A DNA stretch of 64,000 bases from the human T2T-CHM13v2.0 reference genome, Homo sapiens: the NCBI RefSeq assembly GCF_009914755.1, contig NC_060930.1, one strand, 5' to 3'. Positions 15,971 through 31,492 of this stretch are shown here, in pieces; within the stretch, counting starts at the first letter, position 1, and each line of letters starts with the position of its first letter. The notes beneath the pieces were generated by a model. The model saw only the letters and a program-made list of their open reading frames with translations. It searched no databases and had not been told where the DNA came from. The translations under genes and the position numbers were made by a program.

Positions 15971-17675
15971 ATTATTTGAAATGTGAATGTTTATTAATTG
16001 GTAACAAAGTGAGCATGTTTGATTATGTTTAGGGACACTCAAATTCTAGTATAAATCCATCTCAACTCAAGTGTAATTTTGAAACACAAAATAAACACCA
16101 GAAAAAAAATAGAAATTTTATTAGCCAAAAAAAAGGACAATCAAGCTTTCTGATGAGTAATGTATAATATAACCAGGATGAAAATATAAAATCCATGGCT
16201 GCTTTTTAGTAGTGTCACATAAAATAAAACAAGAGCCCTGGTGGCTGGCAAGATGGCCGAAGAAGAACAGATCCAGTCTGCAGCTCCTAGCAAGATCAAT
16301 GCAGAAGGCAGGTGATTTCTGCATTTCCAGCTGAGGTACCTGGCTCATCTCATTGGGACTGGTTAGAGAGTGGGTGCAGCCCACGGAGGGTGAGCAGAAG
16401 CAGGGTGGGGCATCACCTCACCCAGGAAGTGCAAAGGGTTGGGGAAGTCCTTCCCCTAGCCAAGGGAAGCCATGAGGGATGGTGCCATGAGGGATGGTGC
16501 CATGAGGAATGGTGCATTCCATCCTGTGAGGTGCCATGAGGAATGGTGCTTTCTGGCCCAGATACTGTGCTTTTTCCAGGGTCTTTGCAACCCACAGAAC
16601 AGGAGATTCCCTCGGGTGCTTACACCAGCAGCGCACTGGGTTTTAAGCACAAAACTGAGCGGCTGGTTGGGCAGACACTGAGCTAGCTACAGGAGTTTTG
16701 TTTTTTTATTTATTTATTTTTTATTTTATTTTTTTTCATACCCCAGTGGTGCCTGGAAGGCCAAAAAGATTGAACCCTTCACTCCCCTGGAAAGGGGGCT
16801 GAAGTCAGAAAGCCAAATGGTCTAGCTCAGAGGGTCCCACCACCATGGAGCCCAGAAAGCCAAGATCCAATGGCTTAAAATTCTTGCTGCCAGCACAGCA
16901 GTCTGAAGTTGACCTGGGATGCTTGAGCTTTGTGGGAGGAGGAACCTCTGCCATTACTGAGGCTTGAAGTAGATGGTTTTCCCCTCACAAAGTAAACAAA
17001 GCAGCTGGGAATTTCGAAGTGAGTGGAGCCCACTGCAGCTTGGCAAAGCTGCTGTAGCCAGACTGCCTCTCCAGATTCCTCCTCTCTGGGCAGGGCATCT
17101 CTGAAAGAAAGGCAGCAGCCCTAGTCAGGGGCTTATAGATAAAACCCCCATCTCCCTGGGACAGAGCACTGGGGGAAGGGGCAACTCTGGGCACAGCTTC
17201 AGCAAACTTAAACTTTCCTGCCTGCCAGCTCTGAAGAGAGCAGCAGATCTCCCAGCACAGCACTCAAGTTCTGCTAAGGGACAGACTGCCTCCTCAAGTC
17301 GGTCCCTGACTCCCATGCCTCCTGACTGGGAGACACCTTCCAGCAGGGGTCGCCAGACATCTCATACAGTAGAGCTCCAGCTGGCATCTAGCAGGTGCCC
17401 CTCTGGGAAGAAGCTTCCAGAGGAAGGAATAGCAATCTTTGTTGTTCTGCAATATTTGCTATTCTGCAGCCTCCACTGGTGATACCCAGGCGAACAGGAT
17501 CTGGAGTGGACCTCCAGCAAACTCCAGCAGACCTGCAGCAGAGGGGCCTTACTGTTAGAAGGAAAACTAACAAACAGAAAGGAATAGCATCAACATCAAC
17601 AAAAAGGACATCCACACAAAAACCCCATCCAAAGGTCACCAACATCAAAGACCAAAGGTAGATAAAACCATGAAG

Positions 17676-18706
17676 ATGAGGAAAAAACAGTGCAAAAAGG
17701 CTGAAAATTGCAAAAACCAGAACACCTCTTCTCCTTCAAAGGATCACAACTCCTCACCAGCAAGGGAACAAAACTGGACAGAGAATGAGTCTTTGATGAA
17801 TTGACAGAAGTAGGCTTCAGAAGGTAGGTGGGTAATAACAAACTCTTCCAAGATAAAGGAGCATGTGCTAACTCAATGCAAGGAAGCTAAGAACCTTGAT
17901 AAAAGGTTAGAGGAATTGTTTACTAGAATAACCAGTTTAGAGAAGAATATAAATGACCTGATGGAGCTGAAAAATACAGCACGAGAATGTCGAGAGGATA
18001 CACAAGTATCAACAGCCAAATTGATCAAGCAGAAGAAAGGATATCGGAGGTTGAAGATTGACTTAATGAAATGAAGTGTGAAGACCAGATTAGAGAAAAA
18101 AGAATTAAAAGGAATGAACAAAGTCTCCAAGAAATATGGGACTATGTGAAAAGACCAAACCTACGTTTGATTGGTGTACCTGAAAATGACGGGGAGAATG
18201 GAACCAAGTTGAGAAACACTCTTCAGGATATTATCCAGGAGAACTTCCCCAACCTACCAAGACAGGCCAACATTCAAATTCGGGAAATACAGAAAACACC
18301 ACAAAGATACACCTCGAGAAAGGCAACCCCAAGACACATAATCATCAGGTTCACCAAGGTTGAAATGAAGGAAAAAATTTTAAGGTCAGTCAGAGAGAAA
18401 GGTCAGGTTACCCACAAGGGGAAGCCCATCAGACTAACAGTGGATCTCTCTGCAGAAACCTTACAAGCCAGAAGAGAGTGGGGGCCAATATTCAACATTC
18501 TTAAAGAAAAGAATTTTCAACCCAGAATTTCATATCCAGCCAAACTAAGCTTCATAAGTGAAGGAGAAATAAAATTCCTTACAGACAAGCAAATGTTGAG
18601 AGATTTTGTCACCACCAGGTCTGCCTTACAAGAACTCCTGAAGGAAGTGCTAAATATGGAAGGGAAAAACTGGTACCAGCCACTGCAAAAACATACCAAC
18701 TTGTAA
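17676..18706 (+). pseudogene. L1 ORF1 (frameshifted)
   Basis: ATG at 17676; peptides at 17865-18074 and 18071-18706 (EIWDYVKRPNLRL, ARREWGPIF, YPAKLSF). Confidence 0.93.
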
Positions 18707-21358
18707 AGAACATCAACACTATGAAGAAACTGCATCACCTAATGGGCAAAATAACCAGCTACCACCATGACAGGATCAAATTCATACATAAAAATAATAA
18801 CCTTAAATGTTAATGGGCTAAATGTCCCAATTAAAAGACACAAACTGGCAAATTGGATAGAGTCAAGACCCAGACCCATTGGTGTGCTGTATTCAGGAGA
18901 CCCACCTTATGTGCAAAGACACACATAAGATCAAAATAAAGGGATGGAGGAATATTTACCAAGCAAATGGAAAGCAAAAAAAGCAGGGGTTGCAATCCTA
19001 GTCTCTGATAAAATGGACTTTAAACCAACAAAGATCAAAAGAGACAAAGAAGGGCATTACATAATGATAAAGGGATCAATGCAACAAGAAGAGCTAACAA
19101 TCCTCAATATACATGCACTCAATACAGGAGCATCCAAGTTCATAAAGCAAGTTCTTAGAGACCTACAAAGAGACTTAGACTCCCAAAAAATAATAGTGGG
19201 AGACTGTAACATCCCACTGTCAATATTAGACAGATCAATGAGACAGAAAATTAATGAGGATATTCAAGACTTGAACTCAGCTCTGGACCTAGCAGACCTA
19301 ATAGACATCTACAGAACCCTCCACCCCAAATTAATAGAATATACATTCTTCTCAGTGCCACATCACACTTATTCTAAAATCAACCACGTAATTGGAAATA
19401 AAACACTCCTCAGAAAATGCAAAAGAACAGAAATTGTAACAAACAGTCTCTCAGACCACAGTGCAAGCATATTACAACTCAAGATTAAGAAACTCATTCA
19501 AAACCGCACAACTACATGGAAACTGAAAAACCTGCTCCTGAATGACTACTAGGTAAATAACAAAATTAAGGCAGAAATAAATAAGTTCTCTGAAACCAAT
19601 GAAAACAAAGACACAATGTACCAGAATCTCTGTGACAGAGGTAAAGCAATGTTTACGGAGAAATTTATAGCACTAAATGTTCACAGGAGAAAGCGCGAAA
19701 GATCTAAAACAACACCCTAACATCACAAGTAAAAGAACTGGAGAAGCAAGAGCAAACACATTCAAAAGCTATCAGAAGGCAAGAAATAACTAAGATCAGA
19801 GCAGAACTGAAGGAGATAGAGATACAAAAAACCATTCAAAAAATCAATGCATCCAGGACCTCATTTTTTTGAAAAGATTAACAAAATACATAGGCCACTA
19901 GCAAGACTAATAAAGAAGAAAGGAGAGAAGAATCAAGTAGACACAATAAAAAATGATAAAGGGGAGATCACTACTGACTCCACAGAAATACAAACTACCA
20001 TCACAGAATACTATGAACACCTCTACACAAATAAGCTAGAAAATCTAGAAGAAATGGATGAATTCCTGGACACATACACCCTCCCAAGACTAAACCAAGA
20101 AGAACTCGAGTTCCTGAATAGACCAATAACAAGTTCTGAAATTGAAACACTAATTAATAGCCTACCAACCGAAAAGCACGCAGGACCAGATGGATTTACA
20201 GCCGAATTCTACCAGAGGTACAAAGAGGAGCTGGTACCATTTCTTCTGAAACTATTGCAAACAATGAAAAAAAAGGGACTCCTCCCTAACTCATTTTATG
20301 AGGCCAGCATCATCCTGATACCAAAACCTGGCAGACACACAACAACAACAACAAAATTTTAGGCCAATATGCCTGATGAACATCAATGTGAAAATCTTCA
20401 ATGAAATACTGGCAAACAGAATGCAGCAGCACATCAAAAAGCTTACCCACCATGATCCAGTTGGCTTCATCCCTGGGACGCAAGTCTGGTTCAACATACG
20501 CATATCAAGAAATGTAATCTATCACATAAACAGGACCAATGACAAAAACCACTTGATTATCTCAATAGATGCAGAAAAGGCCTTTGACAAAATTCAACAG
20601 CCCTTCATGCTAAAAACTCTCAATAAACTAGGTATTGATGGAACTTATCTCAAAATAATAAGAGCTATTTATGACAAACCCACAGCCAATATCATACTGA
20701 ATGGGCAAAAGCTGGAAGCATTCCCTTTGAAAACTGGCAGAAGACAAGGATGCCCTCTCTCACCACTCCTATTCAACATAGTATTGGAAGTTCTGGCCAG
20801 GGCAATCAGGCAAGATAAAGAAATAAAGCATATTCAAATAGGAAGAGAGGAAATAAAATTGTCTCTGTTTGCAGATGACATGATTGTATATTTAGAAAAC
20901 ACCATCATCTCAGGCCAAAATCTCCTTAAGCTGATAATCAACTTCAGCAAAGTCTCAGGATACAAAATCAATGTGCAAAAATCACAAGCATTTCTATACA
21001 CCAATAATAGAGAAAGAGCCAAATCGTGAGTGAACTCCCATTCATAATTGCTATGAAGAGAATAAAATACCTAGGAATACAACTTACAAGGGATGCGAAG
21101 GACCTCTTCAAGAAGTACAAACCACTGCTCAAGGAAACAAGAGAGAACACAAACAAATGGAAACACATTCCATGCTCATGGATAGGAAGAATCAATATCA
21201 TGAAAATGGCCATACTGCCCAATGTAATTTATAGATTCAATGCTATCTCCATCAAGCTACCATTGACTTTCTTCATAGAATTAGAAAATCTACGTTAAAT
21301 TTACTATGGAACCAAAAAAGAGCCTGTATAGCCAAGACAATCCTAAGCAAAAAGAACA

Positions 21359-21757
<399 letters not shown>

Positions 21758-22459
21758 TTACCAAAACAGATACATCGACCAATGGAACAGAACAGAAGCC
21801 TCAGAAATGACACCACACATCTACAACCATCTGATCTTTGACAAACCTGGCAAAAACAAGTGATGAGGAAAGGATTCCCTATTTAATAAATGGTGCTGGG
21901 AAAACTGGCTAGCCGTATGTAGAAAGCTGAAACTGGATCCCTTCCTTACACCTTATACAAAAATTAAATCAAGATGGATTAAAGACTCAAACATAAGACC
22001 TAAAAACATAAAAACCCTAGAAGAAAACCTAGGTGATATCATTCAGGACATAGGCATGGGCAAAGATTTCATGACTAAAACACCAAAAACAATGGCAACG
22101 AAAGCCAACATTGGCAAATGGGACCTAATTAAACTAAAGAGCTTCTGCACAGCAAAAGAAACTATCATCTGAGTAAACAAGCACCATACAGAATGGGAGA
22201 AAATTTTTGCAATCTATCCATCTGACAAAGGGCTAATATCTGGAATCTTCAAGGAACTTAAAAAAACTTACAAAAAAACCCATTAAAAAGTGGGCAAAGG
22301 ATATGAACAGACACATCTCAAAAGAAGACATTTATGAGGCCAACAAACATATGAAAAAATGCTCATCATCACTGGTCATTAGAGAAATGTAAATCAAAAC
22401 CACAATGAGATACCATCTCACACCATTTAGAATGGTGATCATTAAAAAGTCAGGAAACA

Positions 22460-22765
<306 letters not shown>

Positions 22766-23682
22766 TCAGGGAACAACAGATACTGAAGAGGATGTGGAGA
22801 AATAGGAATCCTTTTACACTGTTGGCGGGACCGTAAATTAGTTCAATCATTGTGGAAGACAGTGTGGTGATTCCTCAAGGACCTAGAACTAGAAATACCA
22901 TTTGACCTAGTAATCCCATTACTGGGTATATACCCAAAAGATTATAAATCATTCTATAAAAACACATGCACATGTATGTTTATTGCAGCACTGTTGACAA
23001 TACCAGAGACTTGGAGCCAACCCAAATGCCCATCAATGATAGACTGAATACAGAAAATGTGGCACATATATACCATGGAATACAGTGCAGCCATAGAAAA
23101 GGATGAGTTCATGTGGTTTGCAGGAACATGGATGAAGCTGGAAAGCATCATTCTCAGCAAACTAACACAGGAATGGAAAACAAAACACCACATGTTTTCA
23201 CTCATAATTGGGAGTTGAGCAATAAGAACATATGGACACACGGAGGGGAACATCACACACCAGGGCTTGTTGGGGGTTGGGGGGCTAGGGCAGGGATAGC
23301 ATCAGGAGAAATAACTAATATAGATGACGGGTTGATGGGTACAACCAACTACCATGGCACGTGTATGCCTATGTAACAAACATGCACATTCTGCACATGT
23401 ATCCCAGAACTTAAAGTATAATTAAAAATAAAAAATAAAGCAAGAGCTACTGACTCTGGCTAGACCACAAATACAGTAAAAACTGACAAATAATCTTGGT
23501 TTTGTGCTAGGCTTTTTTGGGGGCTGGGAGAATATATGTTGATTATTAAAAACTGGCATAAACTTTAAAAGTCATTAAAACTGCTGCTTGTTTTATATTT
23601 ACAAAAATATATTAGTCATCAAAATTTCTAGAAAATAAAATGCTGGAAAAAATGATCTAGGGATTTTATAAAATAACAATGA

Positions 23683-23852
23683 ATGGCCCAAAATAAAGCA
23701 ATAGTTGTTAACTTCTATGCCATAGACTCACTGCAGACCGAGGGACTCATTTATGAGTCCCAAATATGGGAGTTACAATTATGGCCCAACATAAAGCAAT
23801 AGTTGTTAACTTCTATGCCATAGACTCATTGCGGACTGAGGGACTCATTTAT
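23683..23852. repeat. 72-bp direct duplication with 26-bp filler
   Basis: 23683-23754 versus 23781-23852, 4 mismatches. Confidence 0.95.
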
Positions 23853-24510
23853 ACTTTGAACTCAGCCTTACACATTTTTTTTTCTCAAATACAAGCTGAA
23901 AATAAAAGCATCCATCAAAACATGTTTAGCCACATTTCACAATTCATGCAACTGAAGAAGAGAGTTTTAAACCCACTGGCAAGTTTATGATGAACGACAA
24001 TGTAGAACATAGATTGTGAGTGAGTAATTTAAGTTTTCTTAAGAAGACATTTCTCTGGATTCAAGCAGACGTACCTGGAACAAATTCTACTTATTGCATG
24101 CACAAGCAAGCTTTCCCTTCTTGAATAACCCAGAGGAGTTTTTAGAGCATTTAGTGAAGCTGTTAAACTCATCAGTCAAATTAAAGGCAGGCCTAGGCAT
24201 CTTTGTTTTTTTCTCAAAGCAAAGTGACTGTCGTTAATGTTTTCTCAGAAAGACTTCTCTCATTTACACAAATTGTCTGAGGAAATTAAAATTTTCCTGG
24301 AGGGAAACTTGTGTGAGATCATGTGATACCAGAGTCTTGCTTTGCAATTTACATCACTTTGAGATTTATTTGCTTATTTAAACAACCGAACATCTATGTT
24401 TCAAAAGACAAGATTATCAGCAGAATACTCACCTTGATCAAGATCAGTTGGATTCTTGTATTTTTTTGTCCTGGACAACCTACTCATAACATTACCTAAA
24501 GAATGCACTA

Positions 24511-24833
<323 letters not shown>

Positions 24834-25349
24834 TCACACGCTCAAGAAGCACTAAGGAACACTTGATAGACAAACTTTCTAAGTATTTTCTCTAACAAGA
24901 CTATATCCATGGGTGGCTAAGTGAAAAAGTTTTCTCACTTTTTTTTTTAACCAAAATTTCACACATTTATTCTAAATGTGTCCAGATGGGACAGATTTTT
25001 TTCAGTTAGTTGAATTTAAAATTAATTAACTTTAGTATTATATGCCTTTTGTTTATTTTATACTTTAATTATAATTCCTGTTTGATAACATTATCATGTT
25101 TTTATCTCACTTATTTTTATAGTTATTTTCTATTTATAATAAATGTCAGTGATTTTTCAGTTACACAGCAATAAAGATTTTTTCAAAAAGAAATGTGTTC
25201 AAGGTAATTTCATTTACAGAAAAATGTAAATGAATATTACTTAAGTGATGATATGGCAAAAATTGTGAAGATAGAAATGTAAATAACTAAAGTTTCAAAA
25301 ACATTGCTAGATTTTCCTAAGGTAGCAGTTGGAGAAAAAGAGGAAGAAC

Positions 25350-25535
25350 CTGGAGTTCAGCAGATCCTACCACAGTCACAAACTAGCAGTGTTTACCTTG
25401 GCGCACTACTTAGATTCTATGAACCTCAGTTTCTTCACTTGTAAAATGGATATAGTGATAATGATTTTCGAGACAGTTGTCGTGAGAGTTAGGATTAACA
25501 TATGTTAAAGTACCTAGTCTAAGAAATGCTAGTTA
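25350..25535 (+). mobile_element. MIR SINE
   Basis: Core CCTCAGTTTCTTCACTTGTAAAATGGATATAGTGATAAT. Confidence 0.75.
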
Positions 25536-25908
25536 TTTTTCAGGCAGTTAAGAAAACTTTAATTGAAAAGTGTATTAAGATATATATATATTTGCATCTG
25601 TGTATTAACTTTTTCATGGAAAAATAGCAAAATAAAAGATTAGCTGCAAAAGTATCTTGAGATTTTAGAAAGACTTTAGAAGGGGACAGATGAATTACAT
25701 GTCATCTAATTCAAAATGTTAGGATAGTTGAAAGTGAATACTAGTATACCAGCTTTATCCCACAGACCTTGAAGTGTGATGTAATAATTAGGTTAGTTGT
25801 GATAATAAATGGCAGATAAATTTGCATCTTAGATTGAATCAAGAAATGGAGGCCAAGAGCTATGACATTCAGTCTTCGCTCTGAAACTGAACCTTGGCTC
25901 TTAATTTC

Positions 25909-28900
25909 TTTTTTTTTTTATTATTATACTTTAAGTTCTAGGGTACGTGTGCACAACGTGCAGGTTTGTTACATAGGTATACATGTGCCATGTTGGCTTG
26001 CTGCACCCATCAACTCGTCATTTACATTAGGTATTTCTCCTAATGCTATCCCTCCCCCAGCCTCCCACCCCTTGACAGGCCCTGGTGTATGATGTTCCCC
26101 GCCCTGTGTCCAAGTGTTCGCATTGTTCATTTCCCACCTATGAGTGAGAACATGTGGTGTTTGGTTTTCTGTCCTTGTGATAGTTTGCTGAGAATGATGC
26201 TTTCCAGCTTCACCCATGTCCCTGAAAAGGGCATGAACTCATCCTTTTTTATGGCTGCATAATATTCCATGGTGTATATGTGCCACATTTTCTTAATCCA
26301 GTTTATCACTGATGGACATTTGGGTTTGTTCCAAGTCGTTGCTATTGTGAATAGTGCTGCAATAAACATACGAGTGCGTGTGTCTTTATAGTAGCATGAT
26401 TTATAATCCTTTGGGGATATACCCAGTAATGGGATCGGTGGGTCAAATGATATTTCTAGTTCTAGATCCTTGAGGAATCGCCACACTGTCTTCCAAAATG
26501 GATGAACTAATTTACACTCCCATCAACAGTGTAAAAGTGTTTCTATTTCTCTACATCCTCTCCAGCATCTGTTGTTTCCTGACTTTTTAATGATTGCCAT
26601 TCTAACTGGCATGAGATGGTATCTCATTGTGGTTTTGATTTGCATTTCTCTGATGACCAGTGATGATGAGCATTTTTTCATATGTTTGTTGGCCTCATAA
26701 ATGTCTTCTTTTGAGAAGTGTCTGTTCATATCCTTTGCCCACTTTTTAATGGGTTTTTTTGTAAGTTTTTTTAAGTTCCTTGAAGATTCCAGATATTAGC
26801 CCTTTGTCAGATGGATAGATTGCAAAAATTTTCTCCCATTCTGTATGGTGCTTGTTTACTCAGATGATAGTTTCTTTTGCTGTGCAGAAGCTCTTTAGTT
26901 TAATTAGGTCCCATTTGCCAATGTTGGTTTTTGTTGCCATTGTTTTTGGTGTTTTAGTCATGAAATCTTTGCCCACGCCTATGTCCTGAATGATATCGCC
27001 TAGGTTTTCTTCTAGGGTTTTTATGGTTTTAGGTCTAACGTTTAAGCCTTTAATCCAACTCGATTTAATTTTTGTATAAGGTGTAAGGAAGGGATCCAGT
27101 TTCAGCTTTCTACATGTAGCTGGCCAGTTTCCCCAGCACCATTTATTACACAGGGAATCCTTTCCCCATTTCTTGTTTTCATCAGGTTTGTTAGAGATCA
27201 GATGGTTGTAGATGTGTGGTGTTATTTCTGAAGCTTCTGTCCTGTCCCATTGGTCGATATCTTTGTTTTGGTATCAGTACCATGCTGTTTTGGTTACTGT
27301 AGCCTTGTAGTGTAGTTTGAAGTCAGGTAGCATGATGCCTCCAGCTTTGTTCTTTTTGCTTAGGATTGTCTTGCCTATGTGGTCTGTTTTTTTGTTCCAT
27401 ATGAACTTTAAAATAGTTTTTTCCAATTCTGTGAAGAAAGTCATTGGTAGCTTGATGCGGATGGCACTGAATCTATAAATTACCTTGGGCAGTATGGCTA
27501 TTTTCACGATATTGATTCTTCCTATACATGAGCATGGAATGTTCTACCATTTCTTTGTGTCCTCTTTTATTTCATTGAGCAGTGGTTTGCAGTTCTCCTT
27601 GAAGAGATCCTTCACATCCCTTGTAAGTTGGATTCCTAGGTATTTTATTCTCTTTGTAGCAATTTTGGATGGGAGTTCACTCATGATTTGGGTCTCTGTT
27701 TATCTGTTATTGGTGTATAAGAATGTCTGTGATTTTTTCACATTGATTTTGTATCCTGAGACTTTGCTGAAGTTGCTCATCAGCTTAAGGAGTTTTTGGG
27801 CTGAGATGATGAGAATCTCTGGGACACATTTAAAGCAGTGTGTAGAGGGAAATTTATAACACTAAATGCCCACAAGAGAAAGCAGAAGAGACCTAAAATC
27901 GACACCCTAACACCACAATTAAAAGAACTAGAGAAGCAAGAGCAAACACATTCAAAAGCTAGCAGAAGGCAAGAAATAACTAAGATCAGAGCAGAACTGA
28001 AGGAGATAGAGACACAAAAAACCCTTCAAAAAATTAATGAATCCAGGAGCTGGTTTTTTGAAAGATCAACAAAACTGATAGACCACTAGCAAGATTAATA
28101 AAGAAGAAAACAGAGAAGAATCAAATAGACACAATAAAAAATGACAAAAGGGATATCACCACCCATCCCACAGGAATACAAACTACCATCAGAGAATACT
28201 ATAAACACCTGTATGCAAATAAACTAGAAAATCTAGAAGAAATGGATAAATTCCTCGACACATACACCCTCCCAAGACTCAACCAGGAAGAAGTTGAGTG
28301 TCTGAATAGACCAATAACATGCTCTGAAATTGAGGCAATAATTAATAGCCTACAAACCAAAAAACGTCCAGGACCAGATAGATTCACAGCCGAATTCTTC
28401 CAGAGGTACAAAGAGGAGCTGGTACCATTTCTTCTGAAACTATTCAAAACAGTAGAGAAAGAGGGACTCCTCCCTAACTCATTTTATGAGGCCAGCATCA
28501 TCCTGATACCAAAGCCTGGCAGAGACACAACAAAAAAAGAGAATTTTAGACCAATATCCCTGATGAACATCAATGTGAAAGTCTTCAAGAAAATACTTCC
28601 AAACCAAATCCAGCAGCACATCAAAAAGCTTATCCACCACAGTCAAGTTGGCTTAATCCCTGGGATGCAAAGCTGGTTCAACATACACAAATCAATAAAC
28701 GTAATCCATCATATAAACAGAACCAATGACAAAAACCACATGATTATCTCAATAGATGCAGAAAAGGCCTTCGACAAAATTCAACAGCCCTTCGTGCTAA
28801 AAACTCTCAATAAACTAGGTATTGATGGAACGTATCTCAAAATAATAAGAGCTATTTATGACAAACCCACAGCCAGTATCATACTGAATGGGAAAAAGCT

Positions 28901-29077
28901 GGAAGTATTCCCTTTGAAAACCGGCACAAGACAAGGATGCCCTCTCTCACCACTAATATTCAATATAGTGTTGGAAGTTCTGGCCAGGGCAATCAGGCAA
29001 GAGAAAGAAATAAAGGGTATTCAATTAGGAAAAGAGGAAGTAAAATTGTCTCTGTTTGCAAATGACATGATTGTGTA
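25909..29077 (-). mobile_element. L1PA6-like element with 5' inversion (3' part minus strand 25909-27811; inverted ORF2 segment plus strand 27812-29077)
   Basis: One 16-bp TSD CTTGGCTCTTAATTTC (25893-25908, 29078-29093) spans both orientations; ORF2 peptides on both strands. Confidence 0.95.
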
Positions 29078-29180
29078 CTTGGCTCTTAATTTCAAAGAGA
29101 TTTCAATGAGGCTCTTTGTTTCTGTGTTTGAAGTATGCAGTAACTCACAGGCTCATCATACAATTTCTCTTCTTTTTTAG
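28242..29180 (+). pseudogene. L1 ORF2 RT fragment (312-aa ORF reading out into the flank)
   Basis: RT motifs present, catalytic FADD mutated to FAND (29055-29066); last ~33 aa derive from TSD and flank. Confidence 0.9.
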
Positions 29181-29367
29181 CATTAATCATGCTCCCTGAT
29201 CTCTGCTTAGGGTATTGTATCATTGAAAAACATTTGTCAATCATTTTAGAATATAAGTAGAGGTGACAAGGCCTTTCATATTAGCAGCCCAGGCATTGGT
29301 TCCACTATGAAATTCAAAGCTATGTATTCTATCTGGATATTTAACATAAAATAGTTACATTTTATAG

Positions 29368-29665
<298 letters not shown>

Positions 29666-30157
29666 TTACATTTTATAAACTTTGAACCTGTGAAATGGGC
29701 TGCATTGGTGGTTATATTATTCTTTTCGTTCCTTAGGTGAAATTTTTATAATCCTAAATATTATTGAAATTTTTTTCTTCATAACATGGTCCTGATATTA
29801 CTGATAATAGTACCAGGCCAGGTTAGATATTTAATTCATTCATTATTAATTTGTGCTGAAATCTTAGATATTAGGTGTGTATAACTCTGGTCCTGTATTG
29901 AAGCTGCTTATGATATGTGTGGTGAGGCATCTAATTAGACCAATGACCACAGGAGATGCCATCCATATGGACAGCCTCTGCTCTGCTCTGTCTGTATCTG
30001 GACACCAAACTGGCTCTCTGTCCTGGCATCTGTGAAGCATCAGGGCTGATTGCCAGATCCTCTTATGATCAGCCCTGCTCACTAGAAGCAAAATAGAGGG
30101 CATCTTCCACCTCAGGACATCCTTATTCCACCTCTTGGGGCCTTGCTTGTTAGAAAT

Positions 30158-30800
30158 CCTGTCTTGATTACTGTAGCTTTATTATAAGTCTTGTAGTCAG
30201 ATAGTGTTAGTCCTCCAACTTTGTTCTTCTTCAATATTGTGTTGACCATTCTGGGTCTTTCACCTCTCCATATAAACTTTAGAAACAGCTTGTTCGTATC
30301 CTCAAAATAATTTACTGGTATTTTGATTGTAATTTAATTGAATCTATAGATCAAGGTGGGAAAAACTAACATCTTGACAATATTGAGTCTTCATATCCAT
30401 GAACATGGAATATCTCTCCATTTGTTTAGTTCTTTGATTTCTTTCATCAGAGTTTTGTAGTTTCCTTCAAATAGTTCTTACACATATTTTGTTAGATTTA
30501 TATCTAAGTATTTCATTGTTGCTGGTGCTAATGCAAACGGTATTTTGTTTTTAATTTTAAATTTCACCTGTTCATTGCTAGTATATAGAAAAACACTTGA
30601 CTTTTGTATAATCACCTTGTATCTTGCACCCTTGCTATAATCACTTATTCATTTCAGATTATTTTTCTTTTTCTTTTTTTGTGTGCCTATTTTGAGATTT
30701 TCTGTGACAGTAATGCCACCTGTGAATAATGGCAGCTTTACTTCTTCCTTCCAAATCTATATACCTTTTAGTTCCTTTTCTTGTGTGATTACATTAAGCA
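30158..30800 (-). mobile_element. Old L1M ORF2 fragment
   Basis: GTCTTGATTACTGTAGCTTTA...ATCCATGAACATGGAATATCTCTCCATTT, typical antisense L1M. Confidence 0.8.
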
Positions 30801-31113
30801 GAACACAAACATTTATTTTTTGCTCATATTACATGTTAGCAATTATCATCTGTTGCCATGGATCTGGTCTATGTCTTTGCTTCATTCTGGGACCTAGATG
30901 GAAAGAACCAACCCTGTCTGGAGTAAAAAATGAGCAAGAGCTCTAGTGGAATCACAATTTCCCTCACAGATTCTCCTCAGAACAAGCACATCACCACTTC
31001 TGCTCACATCCTATTGGCCTAAGCAATTATCACATGTCCTGAGGAGGCATTATGAATCACAGATCAATGAAACTCTTACATATAAAGGGGCAAATGTTTG
31101 GAGACAAGATTAA

Positions 31114-31492
<379 letters not shown>

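Noticed and set aside
23683-23852. Repeat-spacer-repeat pattern as a CRISPR-like array
   Set aside because: Only two 72-bp copies, primate context, no cas genes; better explained as a local duplication
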